In this document: positions 21,567-31,361 of the stretch, in pieces
Numbering within the stretch: position 1 is the stretch's first letter
Layout of the letters: every line of letters begins with the position of its first letter
Source: Candidatus Multivoradales bacterium
GTDB lineage: Bacteria > Acidobacteriota > Thermoanaerobaculia > Multivoradales > JAHEKO01
Reading direction: 5' to 3'
Assembly (NCBI GenBank): GCA_965223155.1
Contig: CBDCVR010000015.1
Location: 1,088,001 to 1,152,000, forward strand
DNA length: 64,000 bases
Made by a program: the position numbers and the translations under genes
The notes under the pieces: generated by a model
What the model saw: the letters and a program-made list of their open reading frames with translations, nothing else
Databases searched by the model: none
Told to the model about the DNA's origin: nothing

Positions 21567-23411
21567 ATGAGCCCCACCTCTTGTTCTCGAACCCGGACGG
21601 CGCTTGCCGCCAGGCTGACAGGCTTTGCTTTTTGCGCCGCGACTGCCGCCGTCGCCGTGACCGCGGTGGCACCCCTTCGCACCGACGTCGAGGCCCTGAC
21701 CGCCGAGGCCTGGGGAGGACGGTTCACCGGCTCCGAAGGCGCCCGGGAGGCGGCCGAGTACCTGGCCGGCGAGCTGGCCGAGCTGGGCGCCACGCCGTTG
21801 CCCGGCGAGGAAGACTTCTTTCTCGAGTTCTCGTTTACCGCCGGTACCCGCGACACGGGCTCGTCGGTCGAACTCGCCGCCGCCGGCGAGAGCGCGGGAG
21901 AGCCGGAGCAATTCCTCGGTGCCGAGGCGGTGCGGGCGCTGTCGTTCTCCGAGAACGGCACGGTCACCGCGCCGGCGGTGTTCGCGGGCTACGGCCTGGT
22001 GGTTCCGGAGGCCGATGGCTTCTCCTATGACAGCTACGCCGGCCTCGAGGTCGAAGGCAAGGTCGCCGTCGTTTTCCGCTACTACCCGGAAGACGCCGAG
22101 GACTCGATCCGGGGCCGTTTGGCGCGGTTCTCGGGCCTGCGCTACAAGGCGCTCCAGGCGCGCGAGCGGGGGGCGGTGGCAATGGTCGTTGTGACCGGCC
22201 CGCGCTCGCCCAACGCCGGCGAGCTGGTGCCCATGGCCTTCGATGCGGCCATCGCCGACTCCGGGCTCCTGGCGGTGAGCGTCAGTGGAGCCGTGGGCGA
22301 GGCGTTGCTTGCGACCGCGGCCGACAAGAGCCTGGAAGAGATCCAGCAGTCGTTCGACGACGCCAATCCGCACGTCGGGGGCTTTGACCTGCCGGACGTC
22401 GAGATCACGGTCGAGACCAGCGTCGAGCGCGAGCGTCGCGAAGGACGCAACGTCGTCGGGCTGCTGGCTGGGGGGGGCGAGGCCGCCAAGCCTTATGTGG
22501 TCGTCGGCGCCCATTTCGACCACCTCGGAACCGGCCGCACGGCGGGGTCCCTGGCCGGCAAGGACGAGGCTTCGTCCGTACATCACGGCGCCGACGACAA
22601 CGCCTCCGGCGTCGCCGCGGTGCTCGAGATCGGCCGGCGGCTGGCCGAGGGAGACGGCTCGCGAGACGTCGTCCTGGCCTTCTGGTCGGGCGAGGAGATC
22701 GGGCTTCTGGGCTCGGCCGGGTTCGTCAAGTCGGAGCCGATCGCTCTCGAGGAGGTCGCCGCCTATCTCAACTTCGACATGGTGGGCCGCGCCCGCGACA
22801 ATCGGCTCTCGATCCAGGCCGTGGGCTCGAGCCCGTCCTGGCCGAAGCTCGTCGAGCAGGCCAACGTGCCGGTCGGGTTCGACCTCGAGCTTCAGGACGA
22901 TCCCTACCTGCCCACCGACAGCTCGTCGTTCAACCAGGCCGAGATCCCGACCTTGAACTTCTTTACCGGCAGCCATGAGGATTACCACAAGCCTTCGGAC
23001 ACGGCCGAGAAGATCAACTATGAGGACCTCGAGCGCGTGGCCCAGCTCGGCGCCCTGGTGGCCGGGCGAATCCGCGCCTTTGGGGAAGCGCCTGAGTTCC
23101 ATCTGGTCGAGCGCAAGGTCGAGGCCGGTGGCGGCCGGGACGGTCTGCGCGCCTTCACCGGCACGATTCCCGACTACGCCACCGAAATCGAAGGCCTGTT
23201 GCTGTCGGGAGTCATCGAGGGCGGCCCGGCCGAGGAAGGCGGCCTGAGCGGCGGCGACGTCATCGTCGAGTTCGGCGGCCAGAAGATCGCCAACATCTAC
23301 GACTACACCTATGCTCTCGACGCGGTCCGGATCGGGGTGCCGGTAACGGTGGTCTTCCTGCGCGACGGCGAGCGCCACGAGACCACGATCACGCCCCGCG
23401 CTCGGGACTGA
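21567..23411 (+). CDS. M28 peptidase with PA and C-terminal PDZ domains
   Basis: GAHFDH, GADDNASG, SGEEIGLLGS, NFDMVG, DYHKPSD, FTGTIPDY...PAEEGGL.GGDVI. Confidence 0.9.
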   Translation: MSPTSCSRTRTALAARLTGFAFCAATAAVAVTAVAPLRTDVEALTAEAWGGRFTGSEGAREAAEYLAGELAELGATPLPGEEDFFLEFSFTAGTRDTGSSVELAAAGESAGEPEQFLGAEAVRALSFSENGTVTAPAVFAGYGLVVPEADGFSYDSYAGLEVEGKVAVVFRYYPEDAEDSIRGRLARFSGLRYKALQARERGAVAMVVVTGPRSPNAGELVPMAFDAAIADSGLLAVSVSGAVGEALLATAADKSLEEIQQSFDDANPHVGGFDLPDVEITVETSVERERREGRNVVGLLAGGGEAAKPYVVVGAHFDHLGTGRTAGSLAGKDEASSVHHGADDNASGVAAVLEIGRRLAEGDGSRDVVLAFWSGEEIGLLGSAGFVKSEPIALEEVAAYLNFDMVGRARDNRLSIQAVGSSPSWPKLVEQANVPVGFDLELQDDPYLPTDSSSFNQAEIPTLNFFTGSHEDYHKPSDTAEKINYEDLERVAQLGALVAGRIRAFGEAPEFHLVERKVEAGGGRDGLRAFTGTIPDYATEIEGLLLSGVIEGGPAEEGGLSGGDVIVEFGGQKIANIYDYTYALDAVRIGVPVTVVFLRDGERHETTITPRARD

Positions 23412-23425
23412 CGGGCTCGTCGCGC
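23411..23425 (+). repeat. 15-bp sequence ACGGGCTCGTCGCGC, repeated in inverted orientation at 56421-56435 (REP-like)
   Basis: Exact reverse-complement match; both copies in hairpin-rich spacers between convergent genes. Confidence 0.5.
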
Positions 23426-23578
23426 CTGGCGAAAGCGAGTCGGAAGGGTCGCTTCCCTTCGGGAGCTCGTCCGGCGATAGGCGGTGAGGCTAGCGCCCTA
23501 GCCCGCGCTTCTCACCTCACCATGCCGCGTCTTCAGCGACTTACGACGCCCGGGACGTGACGGGGTGAGAAGTACGGT

Positions 23579-25861
23579 CTAGCGGATGCGCAGGCGTGGC
23601 CCCGCCGCATCGCGGCGGTTCGGCCCGGCGCGGCCCACGGCCGCCGCCCGGTAGCCGGCGGCCGCCAGCTCTTCGAGCGCTCCTTGGGCCCGGTCCGGGT
23701 CCACGCCGAAGAGCAGCCCGCCCGAGGTCTGGGGGTCGAACAGAAACGGCAGAAAAGGATGGCTTCGAGCGGTCTCCTCGACCACGAGGCCGGCGAGCGC
23801 GCGGGCGTTTTCCTCGTGAAACGTGCTGCGCAGTCCGGCTCGGAAGAGCTCGGCGGCTCCGGGTAGGCGCGGCAGGGAGTCGAGCCCCACGGTCGCTTCG
23901 AGCGAGCTCGCCGCCAGCATCGAGCCCAGGTGGTGGGCGAAGCCGAAGCCGGTGACGTCGGTCGCGGCGCTCGCGCCGGCCCGGCGGGCGATCGCGGCGG
24001 CGTCTTGATTGAGACGAAGCATCGAGGCAATCGCTGCCTCGAGCCAGCGTCCGCGCGCCCGGCCCTGGCGGTCGGCGGCCAGGACCACGCCGGTGCCCAG
24101 AGCCTTGGTCAGGATCAGCGTCTGCTTCGGTTGCAGCCGGTCGAGAGTCAGGAGGTCCAAGTCCGGATCGGCGAAGCCCTCGACCACGAACCCCACCAGA
24201 AGCTCGGTGGCGGTGGTGGTGTGGCCGCCCACCAGGACGACGCCGAGCTCGTCGAACGCGACTCGTCCGCCCGCTAGAACCTGGAGAAGAATCTCCTCGC
24301 GCTCGGCCGCCGGAGCCTTCTCAGGCAAGGCAATGAGCGCCTGGGCGATCTTGGGCTCGACTCCCTTGGCCAGTACGTCCGAGACCGCGTTAACCGCCCC
24401 GACCCTGCCCACCAGGAAGGGATCGTCGCTGAAGGCTTGGAACTGATCGACGCTCGAGACGATGCGCGAACCTTCGGGAGAGTGAAAAGCCACGGCATCG
24501 TCCCGCTCCTCGAGGCCGAGCTCGATGGCAAGGGTCTCGCCACCTGCTGCGCCGTTTTTCTCGGAAGCGGCCGCCGGATACTCGGCCGTCAAGCGCTCGA
24601 GCGTGCGCTCGAGACTGCTGCTGCCCAGCTTGGCGGCGCAACCGCCACAGACCATCTCCATCTCGCCGCGCATGGAAAAGAGCTCGGAGAATTCCTCCGA
24701 GACATCGGCTCGGTCGTGGGCCGGCGACAACGCCTGGAACTTGCCCATGAATTTGCGATCGATCGAGTCCTTGAGCTTGAAGACCCAAGATCCGGCAAAG
24801 GCCGATCGCCACTTGGCGCCGATGGCGGTGCCGTCGCCCAGGTTGAGGAGCGTCAGGAAATCCTTCTGGGGACGGTAGGGGCGCAGCAGCGAGCTGCCGG
24901 CGATGGCCTTGCGCAGGTTCTCGATCAAGATCGGTCCCTGGCGTACGGCGTAGACGCCGGCCTTGGGAACCCACCGTTCTTCGGCCGGGGTGGCGCAATC
25001 GCCGGCGGCGAAGATGTCGTCGTAGTCGAGCGCTTGAAGCGTCGGGCGAGTCAAGAGGAAACCGCGCTCGTCGAGCGCAAGGGTCGAGTCCCGGAAGACG
25101 TCGTGAGGTGCGGCGCCGGCAACCCAGACGACGAGATTGTAGGGGAAGCGCTCAGCGCCGGCGAGGACGCCGTCTTCGTCGATAGCGTCCACGCGCTGGC
25201 CGAGGAGAATGCGGATTCCACGCCTTTCGGTCTCGGCCGTCGCCTTGCGAGCGAAGCTCTCGGGATATCCGGCTAGGATGCGCTCGCCGGAGTCGATCAA
25301 GGTTGTCTCCGGCGCCAGGCCGTGCCGCCGGGCGCGCTCGCCCAGGGTGAAGGCCAGCTCGACGCCGCCCGCGCCCCCTCCCACGACGACGACCCGGAAC
25401 GGCCCGCCGGTGTCGCGATCCAAACCCTCGAAGAGCTCGTCGACGAGCCGGACGAACTTGCCGATCGGGCGAGTCGGGACGGCGTGGTCGCGGACACCCG
25501 GGGTGTCGAGGCCGGCGACCGTCGAGCCGATGTCGAACGAGACGAGGTCGTAGGGTATAGAGGGCCGGCCGGCAAGCTCCAGGCGCCGCGCGGCGGGGTC
25601 GATCCCCGTGGCCGGTACGAGCAGCACGCGAGCCCCGGCCAGGCGGGCGAGCGGCAGGACCTCGATCTCGAGCTCCTCGGACCGGTACTGGCCGGCCACG
25701 AACCCGGGCACCATGCCGGAGTAGACCGCGACCGGATTGTCGACCACCAGGGTCAGGCGCACACCCTCGGGCGGCTCCATGGCGAAGTCCTTGAGGACCT
25801 GGACATGGGTGTGGCCGCCGCCCACCAGGACCAAGTCGAGGGGCGCGCGGGACGATGCCAT
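23579..25861 (-). CDS. selD: FAD-dependent (NDH-2-like) oxidoreductase fused to selenide, water dikinase SelD
   Basis: N-term LVLVGGGHTH, YSGMVPG, PKAGVYAVRQG; C-term CGGCAAK, DDA, NAVSDV, GGHT, TDVTGFG, DPQTSGGLL. Confidence 0.9.
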   Translation of the reverse strand: MASSRAPLDLVLVGGGHTHVQVLKDFAMEPPEGVRLTLVVDNPVAVYSGMVPGFVAGQYRSEELEIEVLPLARLAGARVLLVPATGIDPAARRLELAGRPSIPYDLVSFDIGSTVAGLDTPGVRDHAVPTRPIGKFVRLVDELFEGLDRDTGGPFRVVVVGGGAGGVELAFTLGERARRHGLAPETTLIDSGERILAGYPESFARKATAETERRGIRILLGQRVDAIDEDGVLAGAERFPYNLVVWVAGAAPHDVFRDSTLALDERGFLLTRPTLQALDYDDIFAAGDCATPAEERWVPKAGVYAVRQGPILIENLRKAIAGSSLLRPYRPQKDFLTLLNLGDGTAIGAKWRSAFAGSWVFKLKDSIDRKFMGKFQALSPAHDRADVSEEFSELFSMRGEMEMVCGGCAAKLGSSSLERTLERLTAEYPAAASEKNGAAGGETLAIELGLEERDDAVAFHSPEGSRIVSSVDQFQAFSDDPFLVGRVGAVNAVSDVLAKGVEPKIAQALIALPEKAPAAEREEILLQVLAGGRVAFDELGVVLVGGHTTTATELLVGFVVEGFADPDLDLLTLDRLQPKQTLILTKALGTGVVLAADRQGRARGRWLEAAIASMLRLNQDAAAIARRAGASAATDVTGFGFAHHLGSMLAASSLEATVGLDSLPRLPGAAELFRAGLRSTFHEENARALAGLVVEETARSHPFLPFLFDPQTSGGLLFGVDPDRAQGALEELAAAGYRAAAVGRAGPNRRDAAGPRLRIR

Positions 25862-25980
25862 GAACCAAGGATACGCCGAAACGAGCACTCCGAGGAGCCC
25901 GGCGGAGCGGAACCAAGTGACTTCCAAGGATCCTGCCCGTCGGCCGAGTGCGGGTGAGCAATGCAGGCTAGGATCGAGCG

Positions 25981-26787
25981 ATGCGAATCGCCACCTGGAA
26001 CGTCAACGGGCTGCGCTCCCGCTTGGATTTCGTCAAGCTCTGGCTGCGGGAGCGCGAGCCGGACGCGGTTGCTCTTCAGGAGCTGAAGCTCCAGGACGAC
26101 CAGTTTCCGCACGCCGAGCTCGAGGCTGAGGGCTACTACGCGGTGGCCCATGGCCAGAAGGCCTGGAACGGAGTAGCGATTCTGGCCAAGGAGCCGCCGG
26201 AGCTCTTGGTGCGCGGCCTGCCGGGCCAGGAGGAGCTGGGCTCGCGGCTCATCACCGCCGCCGTCGGCGGCGTGCGCCTGACCAGCCTCTATTGCCCGAA
26301 CGGCAAGAACGTCGACCACGCCGACTATCCCCGCAAGCTGGCCTGGTTCGATGCCCTACACGCGCATCTGAGGTTGGATCGCCCGGATGGCTCCGACCGC
26401 TCCGATGGCTCCGACCGCTCGGAGCAGGCCGAGATCGTGTGCGGCGACTTCAACATCTGCCCCGGTCCGCTCGACACCTGGAACGAGGACGCCAAGAGGG
26501 GCACGATCTTCCACACCGACGAGGAGCGTGCCCGGTTCGGGGCGCTGGTCGAGCTGGGCCTGAGCGATCTGTTCCGCGCTCTCCACCCCGAAACGCGCGA
26601 GTACTCGTGGTGGGACTACCGCCGCGGCGCGTTTCACCGGGGCCAGGGCTTGCGGATCGACCTCCTGCTGGGCTCGGCGGCGGTGTCCGAGCGACTCAAA
26701 GGCGCCGGGATCGACCGCGACTTTCGCAAGAAGCTGGACGGCCTGACCCCGTCGGATCACGCTCCCGCCTGGGTGGATCTAAGGTAA
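25981..26787 (+). CDS. xth: Exodeoxyribonuclease III
   Basis: ATWNVNG, LQELK, YCPNG, GDFN, YSWWDYR, GLRIDL, SDHAP. Confidence 0.95.
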   Translation: MRIATWNVNGLRSRLDFVKLWLREREPDAVALQELKLQDDQFPHAELEAEGYYAVAHGQKAWNGVAILAKEPPELLVRGLPGQEELGSRLITAAVGGVRLTSLYCPNGKNVDHADYPRKLAWFDALHAHLRLDRPDGSDRSDGSDRSEQAEIVCGDFNICPGPLDTWNEDAKRGTIFHTDEERARFGALVELGLSDLFRALHPETREYSWWDYRRGAFHRGQGLRIDLLLGSAAVSERLKGAGIDRDFRKKLDGLTPSDHAPAWVDLR

Positions 26788-26848
26788 CAAACCGAACAAC
26801 CGCTCTGTTTATCAAGAAGCAGAGACGCGTCCCGACTCGGCTCGAGCC

Positions 26849-27661
26849 CTAGAGGCCGGCGAGGGCCGCCGTCGCGGCGAGACCCAGGGCCGCGGACGCC
26901 CACTTGGCCCAGCGGTTGCCGGGCTTCAGAAGCTCGTCCTGGAGCATGTCCATCGATGCGATGTAGAGAAACACCCCCGCCGCCAGGGCCGAGACCACGG
27001 CGTCGAAGGTCTGGCTGGCGGGTGAGGCCAGGAGGCTTCGCGCCAACACGCCCACCAGGATCCCGACTGGGGTTGCCCAGGCAAAGACCGTCACCAAGCG
27101 GCGAGCGTCACTGCGGGAGCGGTCGCCCTCGTCACTGCGCGCCAAGCTCATGCCGAGCGCCAGGCCCTCGGTGGCCTTGTGCGCCAGGATGGCGATCAGG
27201 ATGGCGTGAATCCGGGCGGCCTGGGGCTCGAGACCGAGGGCGATCCCGGCCAGGACGGAGTGGAGCGAGAGCCCGACCAGGAGACCGTAGACGTACCAGG
27301 GCGTCGACTCGGCCGCCGGCCTGATCCGAGGCAGGCCCTCGCCGGCGTGGGCGTGGGTCATGGCGTGGGCCGGATCGGGCAGAAGCACGTGTTCGATGAG
27401 GAGAACCGCGGCGAAGGCCGCGGCCGCCAGAACGTAGGCGATGGGGTATTCGAACCCCAGGCTCTGCCAGCTCCGGTCGGCGGTGGCCAGCATGTGGATG
27501 AGACCGATGCCGAGGAAGATGCCGGCCGAAAAGGCGTTGCCGCAAGACAGCCAGGGTGACTCGGCCAGCCTGGCCCGGCCGGCGAGCGGCGCCCAGCCAC
27601 CTAGCCAGCCCGCCGCCAGGATCAGGGCGGCGGCCGCCAGCTTGAGGCCGAGGAGGCTCAC
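26849..27661 (-). CDS. ZIP-family metal transporter
   Basis: GIFLGIGLIHML, LSLHSVLAG, ILAHKATEG, His-containing loop HAMTHAH. Confidence 0.88.
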   Translation of the reverse strand: MSLLGLKLAAAALILAAGWLGGWAPLAGRARLAESPWLSCGNAFSAGIFLGIGLIHMLATADRSWQSLGFEYPIAYVLAAAAFAAVLLIEHVLLPDPAHAMTHAHAGEGLPRIRPAAESTPWYVYGLLVGLSLHSVLAGIALGLEPQAARIHAILIAILAHKATEGLALGMSLARSDEGDRSRSDARRLVTVFAWATPVGILVGVLARSLLASPASQTFDAVVSALAAGVFLYIASMDMLQDELLKPGNRWAKWASAALGLAATAALAGL

Positions 27662-27676
27662 CGTGACGGCAGAGGG

Positions 27677-29392
27677 CTAATGGGAGGTCTCGCCGGAGGC
27701 GACCGCTTCGAGCGCGGCCAGGCGCGCGGCTTCGAATTCATCGCCTGGGTTCCAAGTCGGCACCTCGTCGCGCTCGGCGAGATCCAGACCGATCCGGAAC
27801 CCGAGAGTGGCGTCTTCGATCATCCCCTCGAAGTTCCAATCGTCCACCAGCTCGTCCGAAGGCTGATGGTAGTGGATCGCTTCCCATTCCTCGATGCGCT
27901 CGCGGCCCCAACCTTCGGGCCGGTCGATGAACTCGGTGCCGGTGTCGAGATAGACCGCCGGCACGCCGACCTTGGCGAAGTTGAACTGGTCCGACCGGTA
28001 GAAAAAACCTCGATCGGGGAACTGGTCCGGCTTGACCGTACGGCCCTGCTGGCCGGCGTAGTGCTCCACCACGGCGTCGAGAGAGGACTTGCCGTAACCG
28101 ATGTAGGTGATGTCCTTGTTGCGGCCCCAGATGTTGGCGCCGTCGTAGTTGATATTCGCCGCCATGCGGCCGGCCGGCACGGGTGGGTTCTGAGCGAAGT
28201 AGGCGGAGCCCAGGAGCCCTTGCTCCTCGGCGGCGACGAAGGCCACCATGATCGAGCGCCGGGACTTCTCCGGCAGGCCGGCGAAGGCGCGCGCGATGGC
28301 CAAAACCTGAGCGCAGCCCGCGGCGTTGTCGAGCGCGCCGTTGTAGATCTCGTCGCCGGCATCATTGGGCTTGCCGATGCCCAAGTGATCGTGGTGCGCC
28401 GAGTAGACGATGTGCTGGGCGGCAAGCTCGGGATCGCGGCCCGGCAGGACGCCCACGACGTTGGCCGTGCGCACGCGCTCGACCTCGTTCTCGAGCGTCA
28501 AAGACGTCGAGATTCCGAGGGCCACGGGCTCGAAGTCACGAGTCTTGGCGGCCTCTCTGAGGGCGTCCAGGTCGTGGCCGCCGAGCTCGAAGACCTTGCG
28601 CATCGCGTCCTCGGTGGTCCAGGCCGGGATCAGGATTCGCGGCTCGTCACCTGCCGGAATCTCGAATTGCGGTCCAGTCCATGAGCTCTGCACGACCTGG
28701 AAGGGATAGCCGGCCGAGGGCGTCGTGTGGATGACGATGGCGCCGGCCGCGCCGAGCTCGGCCGCTTTCTCATACTTGTAGCTCCAACGGCCGTAGTAGA
28801 GACGGCGGTTGCCCTCGAAGAGCTCGTCCGACCAATCCGGGTCGTTGTTCATGACCACCAGCATCTTGCCGGCCACGTCCTGGCCCTTGAAGTCGTCCCA
28901 GTCGTACTCCGGCGCCTGGATGCCGTAGCCCACGAAGACCAGCTCGGCGTCCTCGACCGAAGCCGTAGCCTCCTGGACGCCGCTCGAGGCGATGTACTCG
29001 TCCCACCAGTCGAGGCTCACCGATCCGCCCGAGCCATGGAAAGTCCAGGTTGACGGCGCCGAGGCATTGACGCCAACGATGTCGAAGGCTTGCGTCCAGG
29101 CACCGTCGTCACCGGCCGGCTCGAACCCGATGTCTTCGAGCTCGGCCGCGAGATAGGCCTGGGTCTTGGCGTCGCCGTCACTGCCCGGCCCGCGGCCGCC
29201 GAAGTCGTCCGCCGACATCGTGGCGATCGGGGCCCGTAGCGCCTCGGTGGTGATGAGAGCCAGCGCCTGATCGGCTTCCTGCATGACCGCTTCGGTGGTC
29301 GTCTCGACTCCCTCTTCGGGTGCGGGGGCTGGAGCGCAGGCAAGCGCCAGGCCCAAGACGGCCAGGCTGGAATAGGTGCTCGGGTGCTTCAT
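27677..29392 (-). CDS. M28 peptidase lipoprotein with PA domain
   Basis: Lipobox LALAC; YYGRW.YKYE, AHHDHLG, NGALDNA, AAEEQGLLGS, RSDQFNFA, YHQPSDE. Confidence 0.9.
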   Translation of the reverse strand: MKHPSTYSSLAVLGLALACAPAPAPEEGVETTTEAVMQEADQALALITTEALRAPIATMSADDFGGRGPGSDGDAKTQAYLAAELEDIGFEPAGDDGAWTQAFDIVGVNASAPSTWTFHGSGGSVSLDWWDEYIASSGVQEATASVEDAELVFVGYGIQAPEYDWDDFKGQDVAGKMLVVMNNDPDWSDELFEGNRRLYYGRWSYKYEKAAELGAAGAIVIHTTPSAGYPFQVVQSSWTGPQFEIPAGDEPRILIPAWTTEDAMRKVFELGGHDLDALREAAKTRDFEPVALGISTSLTLENEVERVRTANVVGVLPGRDPELAAQHIVYSAHHDHLGIGKPNDAGDEIYNGALDNAAGCAQVLAIARAFAGLPEKSRRSIMVAFVAAEEQGLLGSAYFAQNPPVPAGRMAANINYDGANIWGRNKDITYIGYGKSSLDAVVEHYAGQQGRTVKPDQFPDRGFFYRSDQFNFAKVGVPAVYLDTGTEFIDRPEGWGRERIEEWEAIHYHQPSDELVDDWNFEGMIEDATLGFRIGLDLAERDEVPTWNPGDEFEAARLAALEAVASGETSH

Positions 29393-29494
29393 GCTGGGTC
29401 CTCCTTCAAGGGTGGCAGAGCCTACCAAAGCCGCGCCGCCCGGCGACGCGGCTGGGATGTTCCGGCGGGCGCCGCTTCGATAGCCTTGCCGGCG

Positions 29495-30646
29495 ATGCTC
29501 TCGGTTAGGATTTGGATCGCCCGGGCACTCGGGCTCGTGGCAGCCGGCGCTTTCGCCGGTCTGGGCGCCGGTCTGGGCGCCGGGGCGGCGCCGGCCGAGG
29601 CCGGTACCGTCGGAGCCCAGGCTCTGGGAGCCAAGGCTTCGGCGGCCAAGACCCTGGGAGCCGAGCCCATTCCGTTGCGCTCGATCTCGCCGCTGCGGCT
29701 GCTCTTCTACCAGCCGACCCCAGAGGGCGCGGCCACCCTGGGGCGGGCGCGCGCGGTTGTCAGCTGGGACTTGTCCGAGACCAACGTCCTCCACATTCGT
29801 AACTCGCCGGCGACCGAGTTCGACGCCGATCTCAACCTGGAGATCACGCGGCTCCTGGTGCGCTTCCGGTTGGGGCTCTCCGACCGCTGGGACTTGGGCT
29901 TCGAAGCGCCGTTCTACCGGTTCCACGACGGTTTCCTGGACCGGACGATCGTCGATATCGAGGATTTCCTCGGCGATCCCAAGATTCAGCGCGAGTTCGA
30001 GCGCAGCCAGCCCGGAGCCGACCGGTTCCGGTTCTTCCTCAAGCGCAACGGCGAGGTGTTCTTCGAGCGGCCGGGACCCCGCTCGGGGCTGGGCGACATC
30101 GCGGTGACGGCGAAGCGCCGGCTCGTCGAACAGCGCGGCCGCCGGCCCGAAACCAGCCTGCGTCTGGCCTTGAAGCTGCCCACCGGCCGGGACGAGCACG
30201 CCATGGGGAGCGGCGACGTAGACATCGGCGTGGGGCTCGCCGCCGACTTCGAGCGGCCCCGCTGGAGCCTCTATGGCAACGCCGCGGTGACCTGGCCGCT
30301 CGGGGACCCGTTCGAGGACGCGGGGCTCGTAACCCCGCTTCTTTCGAGCGGCCATCTCGGCTGGGCTCGCCGGTTGGGCGACGGCTGGATCTTCCTGGCC
30401 CAACTGGCGGTTACCTCGGGTCCGTTCGAGGAGGCCGGCGACCGGCCGCCGAGTCCGCTTCCGGCCGGCACCTTTAACAACTTCGGTGGCTCGATCGTGG
30501 ACGTGGGGCTGGGCGCGAGCTACGAGCTCAACCAACGAACGCGCATGGTTCTGGCCCTAGTCGAGGACATTCACAACACCAGCAACGCCGCCGCCGACGT
30601 CTCGCTGCTGGTGAGCTTCAGCATCGCCGCCCGCCACGTCTTCTAG
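29495..30646 (+). CDS. DUF3187-like outer-membrane beta-barrel protein
   Basis: DLNLEITR, GFLDRTI, GLGDI, LKLPTG..GSG.VD, C-terminal Phe; alternating beta strands. Confidence 0.65.
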   Translation: MLSVRIWIARALGLVAAGAFAGLGAGLGAGAAPAEAGTVGAQALGAKASAAKTLGAEPIPLRSISPLRLLFYQPTPEGAATLGRARAVVSWDLSETNVLHIRNSPATEFDADLNLEITRLLVRFRLGLSDRWDLGFEAPFYRFHDGFLDRTIVDIEDFLGDPKIQREFERSQPGADRFRFFLKRNGEVFFERPGPRSGLGDIAVTAKRRLVEQRGRRPETSLRLALKLPTGRDEHAMGSGDVDIGVGLAADFERPRWSLYGNAAVTWPLGDPFEDAGLVTPLLSSGHLGWARRLGDGWIFLAQLAVTSGPFEEAGDRPPSPLPAGTFNNFGGSIVDVGLGASYELNQRTRMVLALVEDIHNTSNAAADVSLLVSFSIAARHVF

Positions 30647-30817
30647 CCAGCATCTCTCACCACGGCTTGGTCAGAAGGCCGCAACAGTCTGAACCTTCGT
30701 CCAACCTTGGTGAGACTTGCGGGCTCGCCGGGTTCGGCTCCCTGGAATCGTGGCGACAGCTGTGGTGTCCGCGATGCCCGGCGTGCGAACCGAGGACTGT
30801 GCGGGTTGAGGGCCGGA

Positions 30818-31243
30818 TCAGCCTCTCGCCAGCGAGTCGCGGATCTCGGTCAGGAGCTGGACTTCCTCGGAAGGCTCGCCGGACTCGTCCGCCGCGGCGT
30901 CTTCCTCGTCCCGCCGCATCCGGTTGACGGCCTTGATGACGAGAAAGATGGTGAAGGCGATCAGGACGAAATCGACGATGTTCTGGAGGAACATCCCGTA
31001 CTTCAAGACCGCGGCGCCCGCCTCCTCGGCGGCGGCCAGGGACGCGTAAGTGTTGCCGTCGAGAGCGGTAAAGAGCTCGGCAAAGCTCACCCCGCCCAGG
31101 AGCTTGCCGACGACCGGCATCAGGACGTCGTTGACCAGCGAGCTCACGATCTTGCCAAAGGCGCCGCCGATGATGATTCCGATGGCCATGTCCATGACGT
31201 TGCCCTTGAGGGCGAACTCTTTGAACTCCGACATCATGCTCAT
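30818..31243 (-). CDS. mscL: Large-conductance mechanosensitive channel
   Basis: EFKEFALKGNVMDMAIGIIIGGAFGKIVSSLV, YGMFLQ.IVDF, LLTEIRD. Confidence 0.96.
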   Translation of the reverse strand: MSMMSEFKEFALKGNVMDMAIGIIIGGAFGKIVSSLVNDVLMPVVGKLLGGVSFAELFTALDGNTYASLAAAEEAGAAVLKYGMFLQNIVDFVLIAFTIFLVIKAVNRMRRDEEDAAADESGEPSEEVQLLTEIRDSLARG

Positions 31244-31361
31244 TGCTGAATCTCCTTCTGTCAGGCTTCTGCCCGGTCCGAAACGGCGGAGCGATTCTAG
31301 CCTGCGTCTCCGACCAAGGTTAAGCCGCCAAATTTGCCCGGCGCCTCCGTCGGCGCAACTC

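Noticed and set aside
20403-23378. Very long antisense ORFs (also 48209-51016, 58818-61055, 49654-51306)
   Set aside because: They shadow well-supported genes on the opposite strand; expected from high-GC codon bias and show no motifs.
24630-24660. Selenocysteine in SelD
   Set aside because: The motif is encoded by TGT and TGC with no in-frame TGA.
29393-30535. Long N-terminal extensions in the ORF track (M28 27677-30535, pgk to 13218, secG to 11235, DUF885 from 40512)
   Set aside because: They overlap other real genes; RBS, signal peptides and family N-termini support the shorter starts.
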